Shown here: positions 27,343 through 40,599 of the stretch, in pieces | Layout of the letters: each line of letters starts with the position of its first letter | Numbering within the stretch: the first letter of the stretch is position 1 | Assembly (NCBI RefSeq): GCF_001194135.2 | Contig: NC_068988.1 | Span: 84,504,744 to 84,568,743, forward strand | Origin: Octopus bimaculoides | Lineage: Eukaryota | DNA length: 64,000 nucleotides | Reading direction: 5' to 3' | The notes under the pieces: generated by a model | What the model was told of the DNA's origin: nothing | The model's database searches: none | Seen by the model: the letters and a program-made list of their open reading frames with translations, nothing else | Made by a program: the position numbers and the translations under genes

Positions 27343-28206
27343 AAGGTCACTAAAATAAGAAGAATAATAAAGCTAAAGTGAAGGATGAGTATAGTGCCTG
27401 TGCTTATTTGGCAAAAAAAAAAAAAAAAAANNNNNNNNNNNNNNNNNNNNNNNNNNNNNNNNNNNNNNNNNNNNNNNNNNNNNNNNNNNNNNNNNNNNNN
27501 NNNNNNNNNNNNNNNNNNNNNNNNNNNNNNNNNNNNNNNNNNNNNNNNNNNNNNNNNNNNNNNNNNNNNNNNNNNNNNNNNNNNNNNNNNNNNNNNNNNN
27601 NNNNNNNNNNNNNNNNNNNNNNNNNNNNNNNNNNNNNNNNNNNNNNNNNNNNNNNNNNNNNNNNNNNNNNNNNNNNNNNNNNNNNNNNNNNNNNNNNNNN
27701 NNNNNNNNNNNNNNNNNNNNNNNNNNNNNNNNNNNNNNNNNNNNNNNNNNNNNNNNNNNNNNNNNNNNNNNNNNNNNNNNNNNNNNNNNNNNNNNNNNNN
27801 NNNNNNNNNNNNNNNNNNNNNNNNNNNNNNNNNNNNNNNNNNNNNNNNNNNNNNNNNNNNNNNNNNNNNNNNNNNNNNNNNNNNNNNNNNNNNNNNNNNN
27901 NNNNNNNNNNNNNNNNNNNNNNNNNNNNNNNNNNNNNNNNNNNNNNNNNNNNNNNNNNNNNNNNNNNNNNNNNNGTGTGTGTGTGTGTGTGTGTGAAATA
28001 AAGTTGAAATATGACCAAACCCTCCAGTTCTATTTTCACTTCTTAACTAGTACTGACTTTTTTTTTTTTTTTGAAACAAACTGAACAATTTCTATAATTA
28101 ACAATTGCTTGTATTAAATACATTTTACAGTTCTGTATTTAAGAAATGTAAATACATTTTCTCTGATGTTTTGTAAATTGATTTTTGTATTTCTTTCTCT
28201 TTTCAG

Positions 28207-28268
28207 ATATATCTGATAGTTTACAACATTCTGATGGCAGATGGGTGCCAAGTCAGTATTTACTTTAA
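28207..28268 (+). CDS. Candidate exon: terminal (D)ISDSLQHSDGRWVPSQYLL*, or a 45-nt internal exon ending at 28251
   Basis: Strong acceptor TTGATTTTTGTATTTCTTTCTCTTTTCAG|; phase-compatible with 21408-21440 in two frames; donor candidate CAA|GTCAGT at 28252, or stop TAA at 28266-28268. Confidence 0.45.
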
Positions 28269-29356
28269 ATCTAAGTTTTTCATATTGATAATGATTTAAA
28301 AAAAATTTTCTTTTGTTTTGAATTGCAAGTTGTACATTTATTAAACAGTGAGTGTTATTTAAAAGTGAATTTGTATTGGAGTAAGAAAAAGTTGGAAGAA
28401 GATTCATAGTATTGTTATTTCTGTTGAGCAAATGTGTAATAATGTTATTTGACATGAAAGGATGCTATTTAATAATGAAACAAAGGTGCTAAGCATCAAA
28501 GGTCTTTAGAGGATGGAGAGAATCAAATATCATCATCATCATCATAATTTTAATGTCCACTCTTCTGTTTGCGTGAGTCAGACAAAACTCGACGAGGCAG
28601 ACTTTTCTTTGGCTGGTTGCTTTTCTTGTTGCCGACTGTCACAGGTTTCCAAGTATGGTTATGTATCTTCTAGTCCTTCAAACACAAACAGTTCAATATC
28701 CGGACTTGTTTTTATAGAAGGTTGCAGACAGTCATAAATAGAAAAGCTGAAAGGTGGAAACTTTGCTCAAAATATTTTTATCTCAGATGTGCAGTTTTGA
28801 CTTGCTTAAAAGTTAAGAGTACTGTAAGGGAAGTTTATTTCAGTATTAAACTTGTCAATTAATGTGTTACAGGAGATATGACAACACAGAAATAATGTGA
28901 GCTAGACAACAGTTGTATGGTGAAAGTGCATTATGCTGACTGTATAAGGTACCTGTTGTAAAGAACTAAAACATTATAAAAATGTTGAGGTTAGATTGCA
29001 GTTTGTTGGGTTTTATGAAAGTGATTGTGCAAGATCAAGAAAAGTGACAATATTTTATACTATACATTCATCTAAACCCATGCCAGGACAAACAAGCAAA
29101 TGTCAAAATAATTTCTATCTCAAAAACAAGGCTACAAATGTTTGGTTTAGTGGGTTTGGTTGATTAAATCAATCTCTATTCTACTGGTCCTTTTTTATTT
29201 ATTGAGCAGAAAGAAAATGATAAAAATTCAAGTTGTTTCTTTTGAGATTTGAACTCTGATTGTAAATGGACATAACTATAAACTCTAAGGTGATTTGCCC
29301 AATGTTTTGCTGATTTTGCCATTATTATCCTTGAATGTCAAAATAATAATTATGAA

Positions 29357-29797
29357 GTGACAAGAAAGGATCTTCAAATGTTATGCTTCACTGAAGAGAT
29401 GACACGGACCAAGACTTCTGGTAATTTGATGTACTTGAGAAGACACGTCAAGTTAAGTAAAACTGTGGCCATCTATGCATACAGACATATCCCTCTGTCA
29501 TTTGAGAGGTTCTTGTCTTGCAGGCTTGCAGGTACTGGTACCACATGTAAAGTATCCATGCTGGTACCACATAAAAAGCACCCATGTCAGTGTCACATAA
29601 ATAGCAACAATGCCAGTATTGTGTGAAAAGCATTTGTGTATGTGTGTGTGCGTGCGCATATAAAGGTACTGGTATAGCTATGGTTAAGAAGTTTGCTTCT
29701 CCACCCACATGGTTTCAGGTTCAGTTCCACTGCATGGCAACTTGGGCAGGTGTCTTCTACTATAACCCTGGGCTGACCAAGGCCTTGTGATTTAGTA
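29357..29797 (+). mobile_element. RTE ORF2 end and 3' UTR plus CORE-like SINE head; inverted copy of 26898-27342
   Basis: RKDLQMLCFTEEMT (RTE C-terminus), ~4 degenerate 26-bp units, then a SINE sharing private variants with the left copy. Confidence 0.8.
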
Positions 29798-30680
29798 TTG
29801 GGTCATCCCATAAATAATGTAGTTTTTTTAATACTTCTTTATTTTTCAAAATTAAGATCAACAAAGTTCTTTTTAAGCTAAAATATACTCTCCTGCATTT
29901 TCAACAATGCTCTTCCATCTATATGATAGATTTGCAAGGCCCCTCTTCCAAAATTCATTTGTCCATGATGAAAAATACTTCCCCGATACTGTATTGGCCT
30001 CATCTACAGAATCCTTATTTTTTCTGCCCAAATGATTTTGAAGACTGTGGAATAAATGATAATCAGATGGGGCAATGTCCAGCAAATATGGTAGATGGGG
30101 CATTGTTTCCCATTCAGACTGCTCTAACCTTTGGAATGTCATCCTCGCTGTATGTGGCCAAGCATTATCCTGATGGAAGAACATCTTTTGTCTTTAAACC
30201 AAAGATGTTTGTTTTTCTTCTAGTGCAGATGTCGATGAATGGTTGAATGACCAAATTCAAACTTCTCTGCAGTTATGATGAGATTTTGTTCCACCAGGGT
30301 TTGCAAGACACCCTTGTCGAGCTCTACAGATCTTCCGGGATGAGGCTTGTCTTCTAAGCTGTAGTTTCCCGCTTGGAATTTCTGGAACCATCGTTGCCAC
30401 CAGCTTACGCTTATTGTCTGATCCCCATATACTGCATTTATATTCCTCGCACTTTCCGTTGCAAAGTTGCCTTTATTGAACACATAAAACAAAATATGTC
30501 AAATATGCTCCTTTGTCACTTCCATTATAGTTTTGAAAAATAACTGTTAAAATGAAATGGCACTCTCCAAAACTTGCACAAAGAATAAGGGCAAGGTAAA
30601 ATTACTATCTGCTTTTATAGCAAGTTGATGCAGGTAGTTTATTCCCTCCACCCCCAATTTCTTAGTTCATGCAATTGAAA
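29798..30680 (-). mobile_element. Internally deleted mariner remnant
   Basis: TA|TTGGGTCATCCCATAAAT TIR at left. Minus strand MEVTKEHI*HILFYVFNKG (ATG 30525)...IHRHL joins directly to LEEKQTSLV*RQKMFFHQDNAWPH...PYLLDIAPSDYHLF. Other TIR not found. Confidence 0.85.
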
Positions 30681-30721
30681 AAACTGTGTCAAGATAAAAG
30701 ACACATTTACACATGATGGGT

Positions 30722-30870
30722 TTCTTTGTTTCTACCTACCAAATCCACTCACAATGCTTTGGTTGGTCTGGACCAATGGTAAAAGACACTTTCCTAAGGT
30801 GCCATGCGATTGGACTGAATCTGAAAGTATGTGGTTGGGAGGTAAATTTCTTAACCATAGTGCTGTACTT
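30722..30870 (-). mobile_element. CORE-like SINE 5' half, diverged
   Basis: TCTACCTACCAAATCCACTCACAA...AAGACACTTTCCTAAGGTGCC...TTCTTAACCA, same family as 37521-37933. Confidence 0.65.
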
Positions 30871-31577
30871 GCATCGAGAGAGAGAAAGAGAGAATAGAAA
30901 TGTTTTGATTGTTGAGGTGATGTTGCCTTGGGAGGGCATTGCAGTATTGTATATGAAAGGCCTTAAAATATACAGCAGTGATTTTGGGAATCATGTGAAT
31001 GGCAATGTACATTGCTTCCAATAGAGATGGAATATCATGATTTGTAGCCAAAGCCATTATGTCCTACTTATTTTGCTACCATTGGACTTAGAAAGATGGT
31101 AGATTTGTTTTTTATTGGAGAGGAAAACAGAGGAGTTTCATCATAGCAGAGGTATGTGAAAGAAAGACTAAAACTGAAAGCAAAGAGTAAATTCTCACCT
31201 AGAAGCAAAACAAACTAGCTCACTATATGGCTGGAGTGGTTATAGTTAAATGTGGATTGGTGTGCGTAATAGGAGGGGAGGCACAAGAGTTCTACAGTGT
31301 GGGTTAAAAGAACTTGAATGTTCTTAAGAAGCTTCAATGTTGCTCAGGAGTGATACTGGAAGAAAGTGCAGATTTTTTGTGAAATNNNNNNNNNNNNNNN
31401 NNNNNNNNNNNNNNNNNNNNNNNNNNNNNNNNNNNNNNNNNNNNNNNNNNNNNNNNNNNNNNNNNNNNNNNNNNNNNNNNNNNNNNNNNNNNNNNNNNNN
31501 NNNNNNNNNNNNNNNNNNNNNNNNNNNNNNNNNNNNNNNNNNNNNNNNNNNNNNNNNNNNNNNNNNNNNNNNNNNNN

Positions 31578-31610
<33 letters not shown>

Positions 31611-33300
31611 TATATATATATATAGTTGCCTGCCTGTGCTTCTGAAATAAATAATTTAAAATAAATTAGTCATTCACATATGTGAAATGTGAGATATTAA
31701 ATTTGATGAGTTTCATTTTCAATTCTCATGAGTAAAGAGATTAATAGTTCTTAATGCTGCCTCCAGCGCCATCAGAAGCCTTGCTGTCTTCACTGATCCC
31801 ACCACCGTACTAATATTATAGGCATTCCCCCCCCCCCATCATTGATACCACCACCACACTACTACTGTCACTGATACCATCATCACAAGAAGCATTGCTA
31901 CCTTCATAGATACTCTCACCACTACTACCATAGGCTTTGCTGCTTTTCTAATACCTCTACCATCACAGCACCTGAGGTATTCCTACATTCACTGATGTCA
32001 CCAGGACATGCATTGTCACTTTTGCTGATACCATCACACACACTAAAGGCATGGGAGTCTCTATGTCAAGGGCTGGCAAAGTGATCAGTATCAACCCCTG
32101 GGTTTTATGTGGCTATCCAGGGGTTGATAAACATCTGAGATAATTTTGAACACTAAAACTAAATCTGGGAGTGTGTGGAAATTTAAAGCTAAATTTAAAC
32201 TGATTTCCAGCCAAATATTGATGCACTAACTTGTATTCACTAAACACGTATTTCACACTAATTATTCTGAGCATATCAATATGATATGACTGAATATTTG
32301 TTCTTTAAGTATTTTCATTAGATTTCTTCAAATATTTCTTATCAAAAAGCAGTAATGGCTCAAAAAAGACCCCAAAATAATTACTGTTTTTAAGTAAAAA
32401 AAATTATTAATTATGCATTATAATTTTATTTTAGAAATTTACATAATTGGGTTAATAAGTTATCTGATTCCCTGCAGGGGTCTGTGATATAAGAAGATTG
32501 CTGACATCCTGCTCTACAGAGTCACTCTATCTGTGAGAACAGCAATTAAATTCTCTTAAATTATATCTTGAGGGAATTACACATCAACCAATATATTGGA
32601 CCTTATATATAAAAAGACAAGTTGGTCATGGTGAAAAGCCTTTGATCACAGTTTTTCTAAACCAAAACTGATCTGGTGATGAATAACACCATCAGTATTG
32701 AAAACCTAACCACTTTCACTGGTTACTGCCACCCCCATAGTTATTGCCAGCTCCACTGGTCCCATCATTACCACCAATTAGTGAGCCACTGCCATCAATA
32801 AGTAAAATGATGGGCACTCAATCATCATCAACATTAAGATAGTGTTATAAGCACTATCTTTAGGCTTGCCGACTCTGCTGCTAACCTTAGAGCCACTACT
32901 GATATCATTGTTATCATCAATGCTATCATTTATACTGTTGTTCCTGCTGTTGCTGCCCCCTGTTAGGTTACTGGTGTCCTTTTGGTTTTGCAGTCCTGAT
33001 TGAAGCATAAACTAGATCTTGTGGGTTGCATAAGGACGGTTATTCCTAAAAACACTATTCATAGTGTAAGCCAAGGTAAATGGATAAAGAGGTCAATATA
33101 CATTATTATGATTTATTAATAATATCAGTAATAAAGGAAGGAAAGAATTTTAGGTGTTACCAAAGTTTGTGTGCAGAGATATGTGGGGAAAAACTCAGCC
33201 ACATACTGTATGTACTTTACTATTAAGTAAAAGTATGAGAATGAGAACAGAGACAGCAGCTGTCGAAATGAATGAATACAGTTCTTTTGAAGACTGACAC

Positions 33301-33408
33301 TTTTCTACTCTAGGTGTAAGGCCTGAAATTTTGGGGGAGGGGGCCAGTCGATTAGATCAACTCCAGTACGCAACTGGTACTTAATTTATTGACCCTAAAG
33401 GGATGGAA
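33301..33408 (-). mobile_element. Meta-like SINE 3' fragment
   Basis: Aligns with 6848-6955 (CTACTCTAGG...AGTACGCAACTGGTACTTAATTTAT). Confidence 0.75.
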
Positions 33409-33477
33409 CATTGCTGGTTTTGCTGTTCTTGGTAATTGTTGAAAAGCTCAGGCCAAATTTTATATATTATATTATAT

Positions 33478-33875
33478 TCATCATCATCATTTTAATATCC
33501 ACTTTCCCATGCTTGCTTGGGCCTTCATTGAGACAAATTTTCTACTGCCAGATACCTTTGCTGTCATCAACCCTCACCTGTTTACGAGCAAGGTGATATT
33601 TCCCTTGATTGGACAAGGTTTCACAGGAGATAAGGAACAAATGATGCTACTTGTGTAATAGTAACTCTTGCTTACAACTGTCACATCATGTCAAGACAAG
33701 GACAGACAGACACACCCAGTTGGCTTCTTTCAGTTTTTGTCTACCAAATCTTTGCACTAGGCTTTGGTCAGCCCAAAGGTCTAGTAGAAGATGCTTGCCC
33801 AAGGTGCCCTACTGTGGGACTGAACCTGAAACTATGTGATTAGGAAGCAAACTTCTTAATCACATAACCATATGT
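33478..33875 (-). mobile_element. CORE-like SINE with RTE-type CAT/ATG tail
   Basis: tRNA/CORE head at 33720-33875 and tail TCATCATCATTTTAATATCCACTTTCCCATGCTTGC at 33478; same architecture as 49061-49458. Confidence 0.7.
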
Positions 33876-35487
33876 GTGTGTGCATGCAAATGCGAGAGCT
33901 TACACTTATATGCACACCACAGCATACACACTCAATTACACATCTGTAAATACATGGAACACAAAGATACATGTCTATGCTGACATCTCAGCAACCCCTT
34001 CCCCCCACACAATAAAGTGCGAAATTAGGTAAATTTAGAATATATAATTATAGGTAAATAGATAAAAAAATATAAAGACATAATCTTTTATTATTAATGC
34101 AATAAGTTTGGGATCAGACAGACTGATATCATTGTTACTTAAGGATTAATAAGGTTCTTTCCCAAGTTGCTGAGCATAAAAGGCTGATGGCTGATGAGTT
34201 ATGAATGCATAGATCTGTGAAATCATGTATGTATGTATGTATTTTTGCTGTGAAATTATGCCTAGTAACCTATGCTGTATTGTCTATTAATTATTGCCTG
34301 ACAATCAGTTTTGTATGCTTGACGTCTTGGAAAGGAGAGATAAATGAAGCCTGATGAATTTTTAAATAATAATGAAACTAGTCAGTTAAAACCTCATCAC
34401 ACAGTCAAAAAGGCCTTCATGGATATTTAGAACGTATATTCAATGCTGTTTCTTCACAAATAGCTACTCCTTGCTTTTTGCTGTTGCTTTCAATTCTGCC
34501 TAACAGTATTCTGTAATCTTTTACTTAATTCTATACACCATTGAGTCGTAATTATTTGCTTATATTTTAGAGTTATTGCTGCAGTAGTATGGTAATATTT
34601 ACCACTTAGTCTCTTGTGTTTCCCTGTTCAACATTCTATTTCAGTTAGTGTATTCTTGGAATCTGATTTCTTTCTGGTGCTTATTCTTACATATCAACAT
34701 ATTCCTTGTCTTAGTTTGAACTCAGAAACTTTATTTTGTAAATTGAGTTTCATTGTTCTTTTCCATCATACAGGTTCTAAATTTAATGTAACCAAAGGAG
34801 ATATCCCTAATTTACTATGTTATGATTAATCATGTTGAATTACTGAAAACTGGGTTTTTGTATTCACCTTGCCATATTCCTAATGATAACACATATTCTC
34901 CCCTTCAAGACTCCCTTTATCTTCAGATTTTCATGTTTTATGGTAAAAAAAACATACTTTAGAAATGTTTGACTATGAAGAAATTGCACGTGGGAAGTGT
35001 TAACCATCTTGATCAACTGACTAACCAACTGAAATGTTTATAAACTAAAAACCTGAAGATGAAATTTAATAAACCAGTTTATTAAATTGGGTTAATGTTG
35101 TTACTTATAAATAGTCGAAAACATGTAACATTTTTATAAACTCAGTTTGCAACCTGTTTGTGGATCTTGCAAACAATTTAGTTGCACTTGTTGGATTAAC
35201 CATACGCTTGAATGCAGAGAGATTCTGTAGGTATACATTAGGTGATTATCTGTTACATTGGTGAACATACACACCACCTGTTGGCACCATCTTCAAAGGA
35301 TCAAGTTTCTTATTCTATGAGATGGCAAATTAACTTGGTCTTTTATATGGTTGGAGTGGTTATAGTTACATCTGATATGATATACCACCTCTGTTGCCAA
35401 GAGTACTGTTTATTGTCAGTATATTGATACCTTTCAGCCAGCATGCCCACTCCATATTATCCATTTCTAGGGCTTATAATGTTTTAA

Positions 35488-35707
35488 CCCTTTTGATACC
35501 AATCTGCCTGAAACTGCCTCTGGCTCCATAGTACAAATGTCTTGTTTTCAAAAGTTCTGCATTAAAATCTTCCATGAAACCTTAGTCACAATTTATGTTT
35601 CCAACACTAGCTTAATGATAACTAAGTTACTTTACTAAATCCTTTGTTATATTTAAAATTAATTGAAAGAAACAGAGCATCTGAATAGAAATATGGTAAC
35701 AAAAGGG
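35488..35707. mobile_element. piggyBac-type MITE (220 bp)
   Basis: TTAA|CCCTTTTGATACCA ... TGGTAACAAAAGGG|TTTAA: 13/14-bp TIR, CCC/GGG termini and TTAA-type flanks. Confidence 0.7.
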
Positions 35708-36091
35708 TTTAATTATTTATGTCAAAATCTTGAGCATTGATTTAGAATTATTCATATTCTTAGAATGAATTCTCATCATAAAAGTAGGGGCTGAGTGAAG
35801 AATGAATTATCTGAGCAACAAATGTAATATTTGTAGACTAATTCGATAATGAGATAGCAGGCACTCTAGTGTAATCAGTAATTTGATTGCTGGGTGTGCA
35901 ACAGACAGACTAGTTTGAGTCTTATTAACAGGTGTTATTTTATTAAACCCTCAGCCTTTAATTTATTATACTATTGTTGTAATTTTATGTATGGTATTGG
36001 ATGGAACTTTTTCCAGAGCCATGTTTCACCACTTGTTGCAGTCTCTTGATATTTCTTTTATTAGGTTCAGCATCTTAAGATTGGTCTACAT

Positions 36092-36277
36092 CAGTGCTCT
36101 ACAACCATTTTTCACTTGCGATACACTTATATTATTTTCAAAATTTGGTGGCACACCTGAACTAAAAATATAACTAAAAGTATAGGGAAAAAGATTATAT
36201 TCAGGTTACACTGTGGCACACCTAGCATTGTCTCATGGCATGCCTGTGTGTCGCAGCATACCAGTTGTGGAGCACAC
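36092..36277. mobile_element. Possible hAT-type MITE
   Basis: CAGTGCTCTACAAC at left and GTTGTGGAGCAC at right form an imperfect TIR; no clear 8-bp TSD. Confidence 0.4.
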
Positions 36278-36279
36278 AA

Positions 36280-36335
<56 letters not shown>

Positions 36336-37520
36336 GATCATCTCCTCTTGTCCTGCCTATTCTATTTTGTCTTTTTGACAGAAAGACATGGAATAGGCAG
36401 GACAAGAGGTCACAGAATGTGTAATGAAGGAAGTCTGACAAATAAACTAATAATAATGATGAAGCTAAAGTGAAGATCAAATAAATAGTGCTTGTGTTTT
36501 ATTGGCAAAAGATGGCCATCCCCAAATATAACAATATTTGATTCAACTCATGATTTCACATCAAGAATCTTGCAAAAGAAATACATAAATGTACATACAT
36601 GTATATATGTACGTATGTACATACACACACACTCACATACACTTATGTATAGAAGACACACTCAGACATACATACCCACATATGTATGACTCCATATTAT
36701 GAGTGTAGCTTCTCCATGTATCACTGTTGTTGAAATAGGCACAGAGAGGAATCTCTCAACATTTCTGCCAAAGCAACATTTTGGAGTATGAGCACAAATA
36801 TCAAATTTTGATTAATCTCTCCAGAAAGCATTCTGAAACTAGTCTCAATCTCATTTATCATTCTTGAGCAATCTACCCTTAATATTTTCTTTAGTTAACA
36901 AGAGGCTATGTAGTCCTTCTGGAAACTTTTGTCAGCAGTTCTGAATCCTGATAATTGCTGTTGGATTTTCTTTTTTTTCCTGAAGAGCTAAAAATTTCAC
37001 TCTTCTGTCACTTGTACATGTTGTAGTTCCAGGTCTACCAGATTCTCTTATCCATGTAGTAGAACAAGTTTTCTGGTATTGTAGAGACATACTCTCTTTA
37101 TTGAGGCAGAAAAATAGGTGTTCTCTTCTTTAATAGTTTATGTACTCCAGAATATGTTATGCTTGCTCCACAAAGAATAACTTTTGATTTTTAATACCGA
37201 CAATATAATTTTTTTCCCCTCTTTGAAAGCACATCTAAAACACACACACACACACACACACGCACACGGTTATTACCCAAGTTGTAATCAGAGCTATTTA
37301 TACACAACCTTTGATTTAAACATTAAAAGAAAAATACTTGTATGTTTCCACTTGACATTTTAAATACTTTTTCAAACTTTATTATGAAGAACAATTGAAA
37401 ACAACTCTATCATTCACTTTTTATACATAATGTTATTGCCATTAACATTGACAAAATTTTTGACTACGCTTGGTATGTGAATCTCCTTTTGAAACTTCCT
37501 GCTTATGGACTCTGTCTCTT

Positions 37521-37933
37521 TTTTACTCTTTTACTCTTTTACTTGTTTCAGTCTTTTGACTGTGGCCATGCTGGAGCACCGCCTTTAGTCGAGCAAATCG
37601 ACCCCAGGACTTATTCTTTGGAAGCCTAGTACTTATTCTTTCGGTCTCTTTTGCCGAACCGCTAAGTTACAGGGACATAAACACACCAGCATCGGTTGTC
37701 AAGCGATGTTGGGGGGGGGGACAAGCACAGACATACAAACACATACACACATACATATATATATATACATATATACGACAGGCTTCTTTCAGTTTCTGTC
37801 TACCAAATCCACTCACAAGGCATTGGTCGGCCCGAGGCTATAGTAGAAGACACTTGCCCAAGATGCCACGCAGTGGGACTGAACCCGGGACCATGTGGTT
37901 GGTAAGCAAGCTACTTACCACACAGCCACTCCT
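37521..37933 (-). mobile_element. Near-complete tRNA-derived CORE-like SINE with internal microsatellite and (AAAAGAGT)n tail
   Basis: Minus strand A-box TGGCTGTGTGG, B-box GGTTCAGTCCC, TTGGGCAAGTGTCTT core, (TA/TG)n middle, and tail GAAACAAGTAAAAGAGTAAAAGAGTAAAA. Confidence 0.85.
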
Positions 37934-37986
37934 ACACTCTTTACATTTGTAACTTCTTATCAGATTGCACTATCAGAGTGTGTGCT

Positions 37987-38510
37987 GATGGCTCTCTTTC
38001 TCTCTCATGTTTCTGTCTCATCAACTCCAGTCTATGCCAGGGTTCAGTTTTATCTTACACTCTCATCCCTCCATGCATTAACAACCTATTTGCTGTCATG
38101 TTCAATAATGGTCATTTGTAGACAGAAAATATCACCCTCCATTCCTCAATAATCTTATATCATCTACACACTTCCTTCATATCTCACATGCCAAACCTAC
38201 ACTAGTTTCATAAATGGAGACTTTGAAAGTTTTCTCCAATGGTGCCTGGCCAATCTTGTCTCTTTCAACAGTAAAAGACACAATCACTGAATACATCAAC
38301 AAAACACAAGTGGCACACAACTAGAGACCACATGATTGTTCCAGATATTAGATTTCGCTGTCACTGAGGATCTCCCTCACAAAAGCACATCTTTAACATA
38401 GCTATGATCACACCCAAAAAACTAGCTTTTCCCTTTAGGGCAAGAAAATATTTCAGCTCCAAAACTTACTGATACATTACAAAGGTGAGATGAGGTTCAC
38501 AAGTGTGGCC
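37987..38510 (+). mobile_element. Highly decayed CR1/L2-group LINE RT fragment
   Basis: DGSLS...INSSLCQGSVLSYTL...CINNL...TLHSS, WCLANLVSFNSKKTQ and FRARKYFS..LLIHYK match the QGSVLSPTLF..FINDL, NLVSFNASKTQ and FR..KYF...LL.LYK pattern. Confidence 0.65.
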
Positions 38511-38731
38511 CTCAGCCTCATCTGTATGTGAGAATAGGAGACTGAAATAAGTGGATGACGGATATGATGAATTATTTTATATTGAGGCATACTGAAAGTC
38601 ACTATGTCTTACAATACACTAGGCAGCATAAATAGCAACATAAATAAAGAGGTAGAGGAGAAGTTATAAAACTTAGAGGTTAAGAGAATAAATAAGTACA
38701 TTATTAATTCAATAGTGTCAAGGGCGGCTGT

Positions 38732-38923
38732 GTATGTATGTATGTATGTATGTATGTATGTATGTATGTATGTATGTATGTATGTATGTATGTGTGTGTG
38801 TGTTTATATACATACAAACGTACAGGTAACTGTACACATACATGCACACATACATTAATATGTTCATAGATATACAAAGCACATACACAAGCTTATATTA
38901 ACATGCATGTGTTTTATAGTTAT

Positions 38924-39014
<91 letters not shown>
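38732..39014. repeat. (TATG)n (38732-38792) and (AC)n (38926-39014) microsatellites
   Basis: Seen directly. Confidence 0.95.
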
Positions 39015-39015
<1 letters not shown>

Positions 39016-40537
39016 CCCCATGTCGTGGAATTCTGTGTTCCTGCAAATCTTGCATAATGCAGAATTCTGTTATGCAAAATGTATTTTCTTATTGATTTTC
39101 ATGTTATAAACAGATGCATTCTGATGGAATTTTTCTGGGGGTGGGAGGGAGAGAGAGAGAAAATACAACCGCTTTTATGCATGAAAATATCAATTTTTAA
39201 ACACAGTACAGTATGTATACATAAAAACATATGAAGAGAAATAAAGAATATATTTTAATGAATAAATAAGAATACAATAACATCATAGCACAGTACATAC
39301 TCGTTGCAAAGGATATTGGGTGTTGTGTGTGTTAGGTAATGGAACTGGGAGTTATTGGAAGTAAGAGAAGCCCTATCTTATGCACTGGAAATTATCTTTG
39401 TCAGCATCTGCTTCAGCACTGATGAACTTATTCAAACTTGTTTGATGTTTGTGGCGCCTCATTTCTTTATACAACTCAGTGTAGGGACCTATTTAACTAT
39501 GAGCTCCTTTTGTAATTTTTGTGCTAAGATTATTATCAGCAAAACTTACAGACTGTCCTTATAAGTACTGTACCCTACCTTTAGCCATATTCATTCTTTA
39601 CAGTTAGCTCAATTGGAGTAGATGGTGCTTCTATATCCTGTTTTTGCCCTTCAATTTGTTCTAATGGCATAAGCTCTTTGGACAACCCTTTTGTACGAAA
39701 CCTTAGCAACTCAGTCATAATGTTTTCTACAATTTTTTGATACTGTTCTGGAAGCTCTTTTAAAGCTCACGAGGGAGGCAAAAAGACAACATTGTTACTG
39801 ACAGTTTGATTTGTAACCTCTACAAACAGAAGTAATTTACTGGACTTATATATCAGGTGTGGTCAAGGACTGTAACCTTGCATCAAGCAGTTACTTGTAC
39901 AGGTGCTGCTAAATTATCATATTGCTTAAGCATGTAAAATTTTCTCTTAATAGCAAGATTCAAAGTGCTTACTAATTTCATGTACAAGGTGACAGATCCT
40001 TAATTGCATTGAGAGAGCAAGCCGAGAGTGGCCTTAGTGACTTTTATCACTTTTGGGTAAGATGTGTCTTCAGACTATGAAAGGAGAATTGCAGTGCAAG
40101 TGTAAATACTTGAGCACTGATTCTGTTCCTTCACAATCAACTCTTCATTCACTGACTGCAGACTAACAGAAGAACCTGCTGACAACTGGCTTAAATGCAG
40201 AGAAGTTCTTAATCAACTAAAGTTATTTCTTTCTAGGTCAACCTGACATTCAAACAGGTTGTTTAAAGCAAAGAGGATCAAAGATGATTTTATCCTGACT
40301 TATAGGTGTGTCATTGAAGTTGAGTGTTCAACTATTGCTGTCCTCAAATAGCAAGATGCCAACGTGATGATGGGAAGCAACAAACAGAAACAGACGAAAC
40401 AATGGTTCAGAGAAAAACCAAATAAAGAAAATGAGAGCCAATGATTTTGTTGATCAACTTCTTGTGAAATGTAAGCACCACAAAAAGCCTGTTATGTCTG
40501 TCAGTGGATCAAAGTAGGAATCCACTCAACCTGAAGA

Positions 40538-40599
40538 AGTCCAGTACTTGTGAGGGAAAAAGTCCAGTACTTGTGAGGGAAAAAGTCCAGTACTTGTGA
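40538..40599 (+). repeat. 23-bp tandem repeat, 2.7 copies
   Basis: AGTCCAGTACTTGTGAGGGAAAA starts at 40538, 40561 and (partially) 40584. Confidence 0.95.

Noticed and set aside
28207-28245. IYLIVYNILMADG resembles the first transmembrane segment of HACD/PTPLA dehydratases
   Set aside because: The required donor (GTGCCA) is poor, no downstream HACD exons were found, and another frame is equally plausible, so no gene symbol is assigned.
39340-40530. Protein-like fragments (minus LKELPEQYQKIVENIMTELL...PYTELYKEMRRHKHQTSLNKFI; plus RANDFVDQLLVKCKHHKKPV)
   Set aside because: Possibly pogo/Tigger-like or other transposase debris, but there are multiple stops and no catalytic motif, so I cannot support a call.
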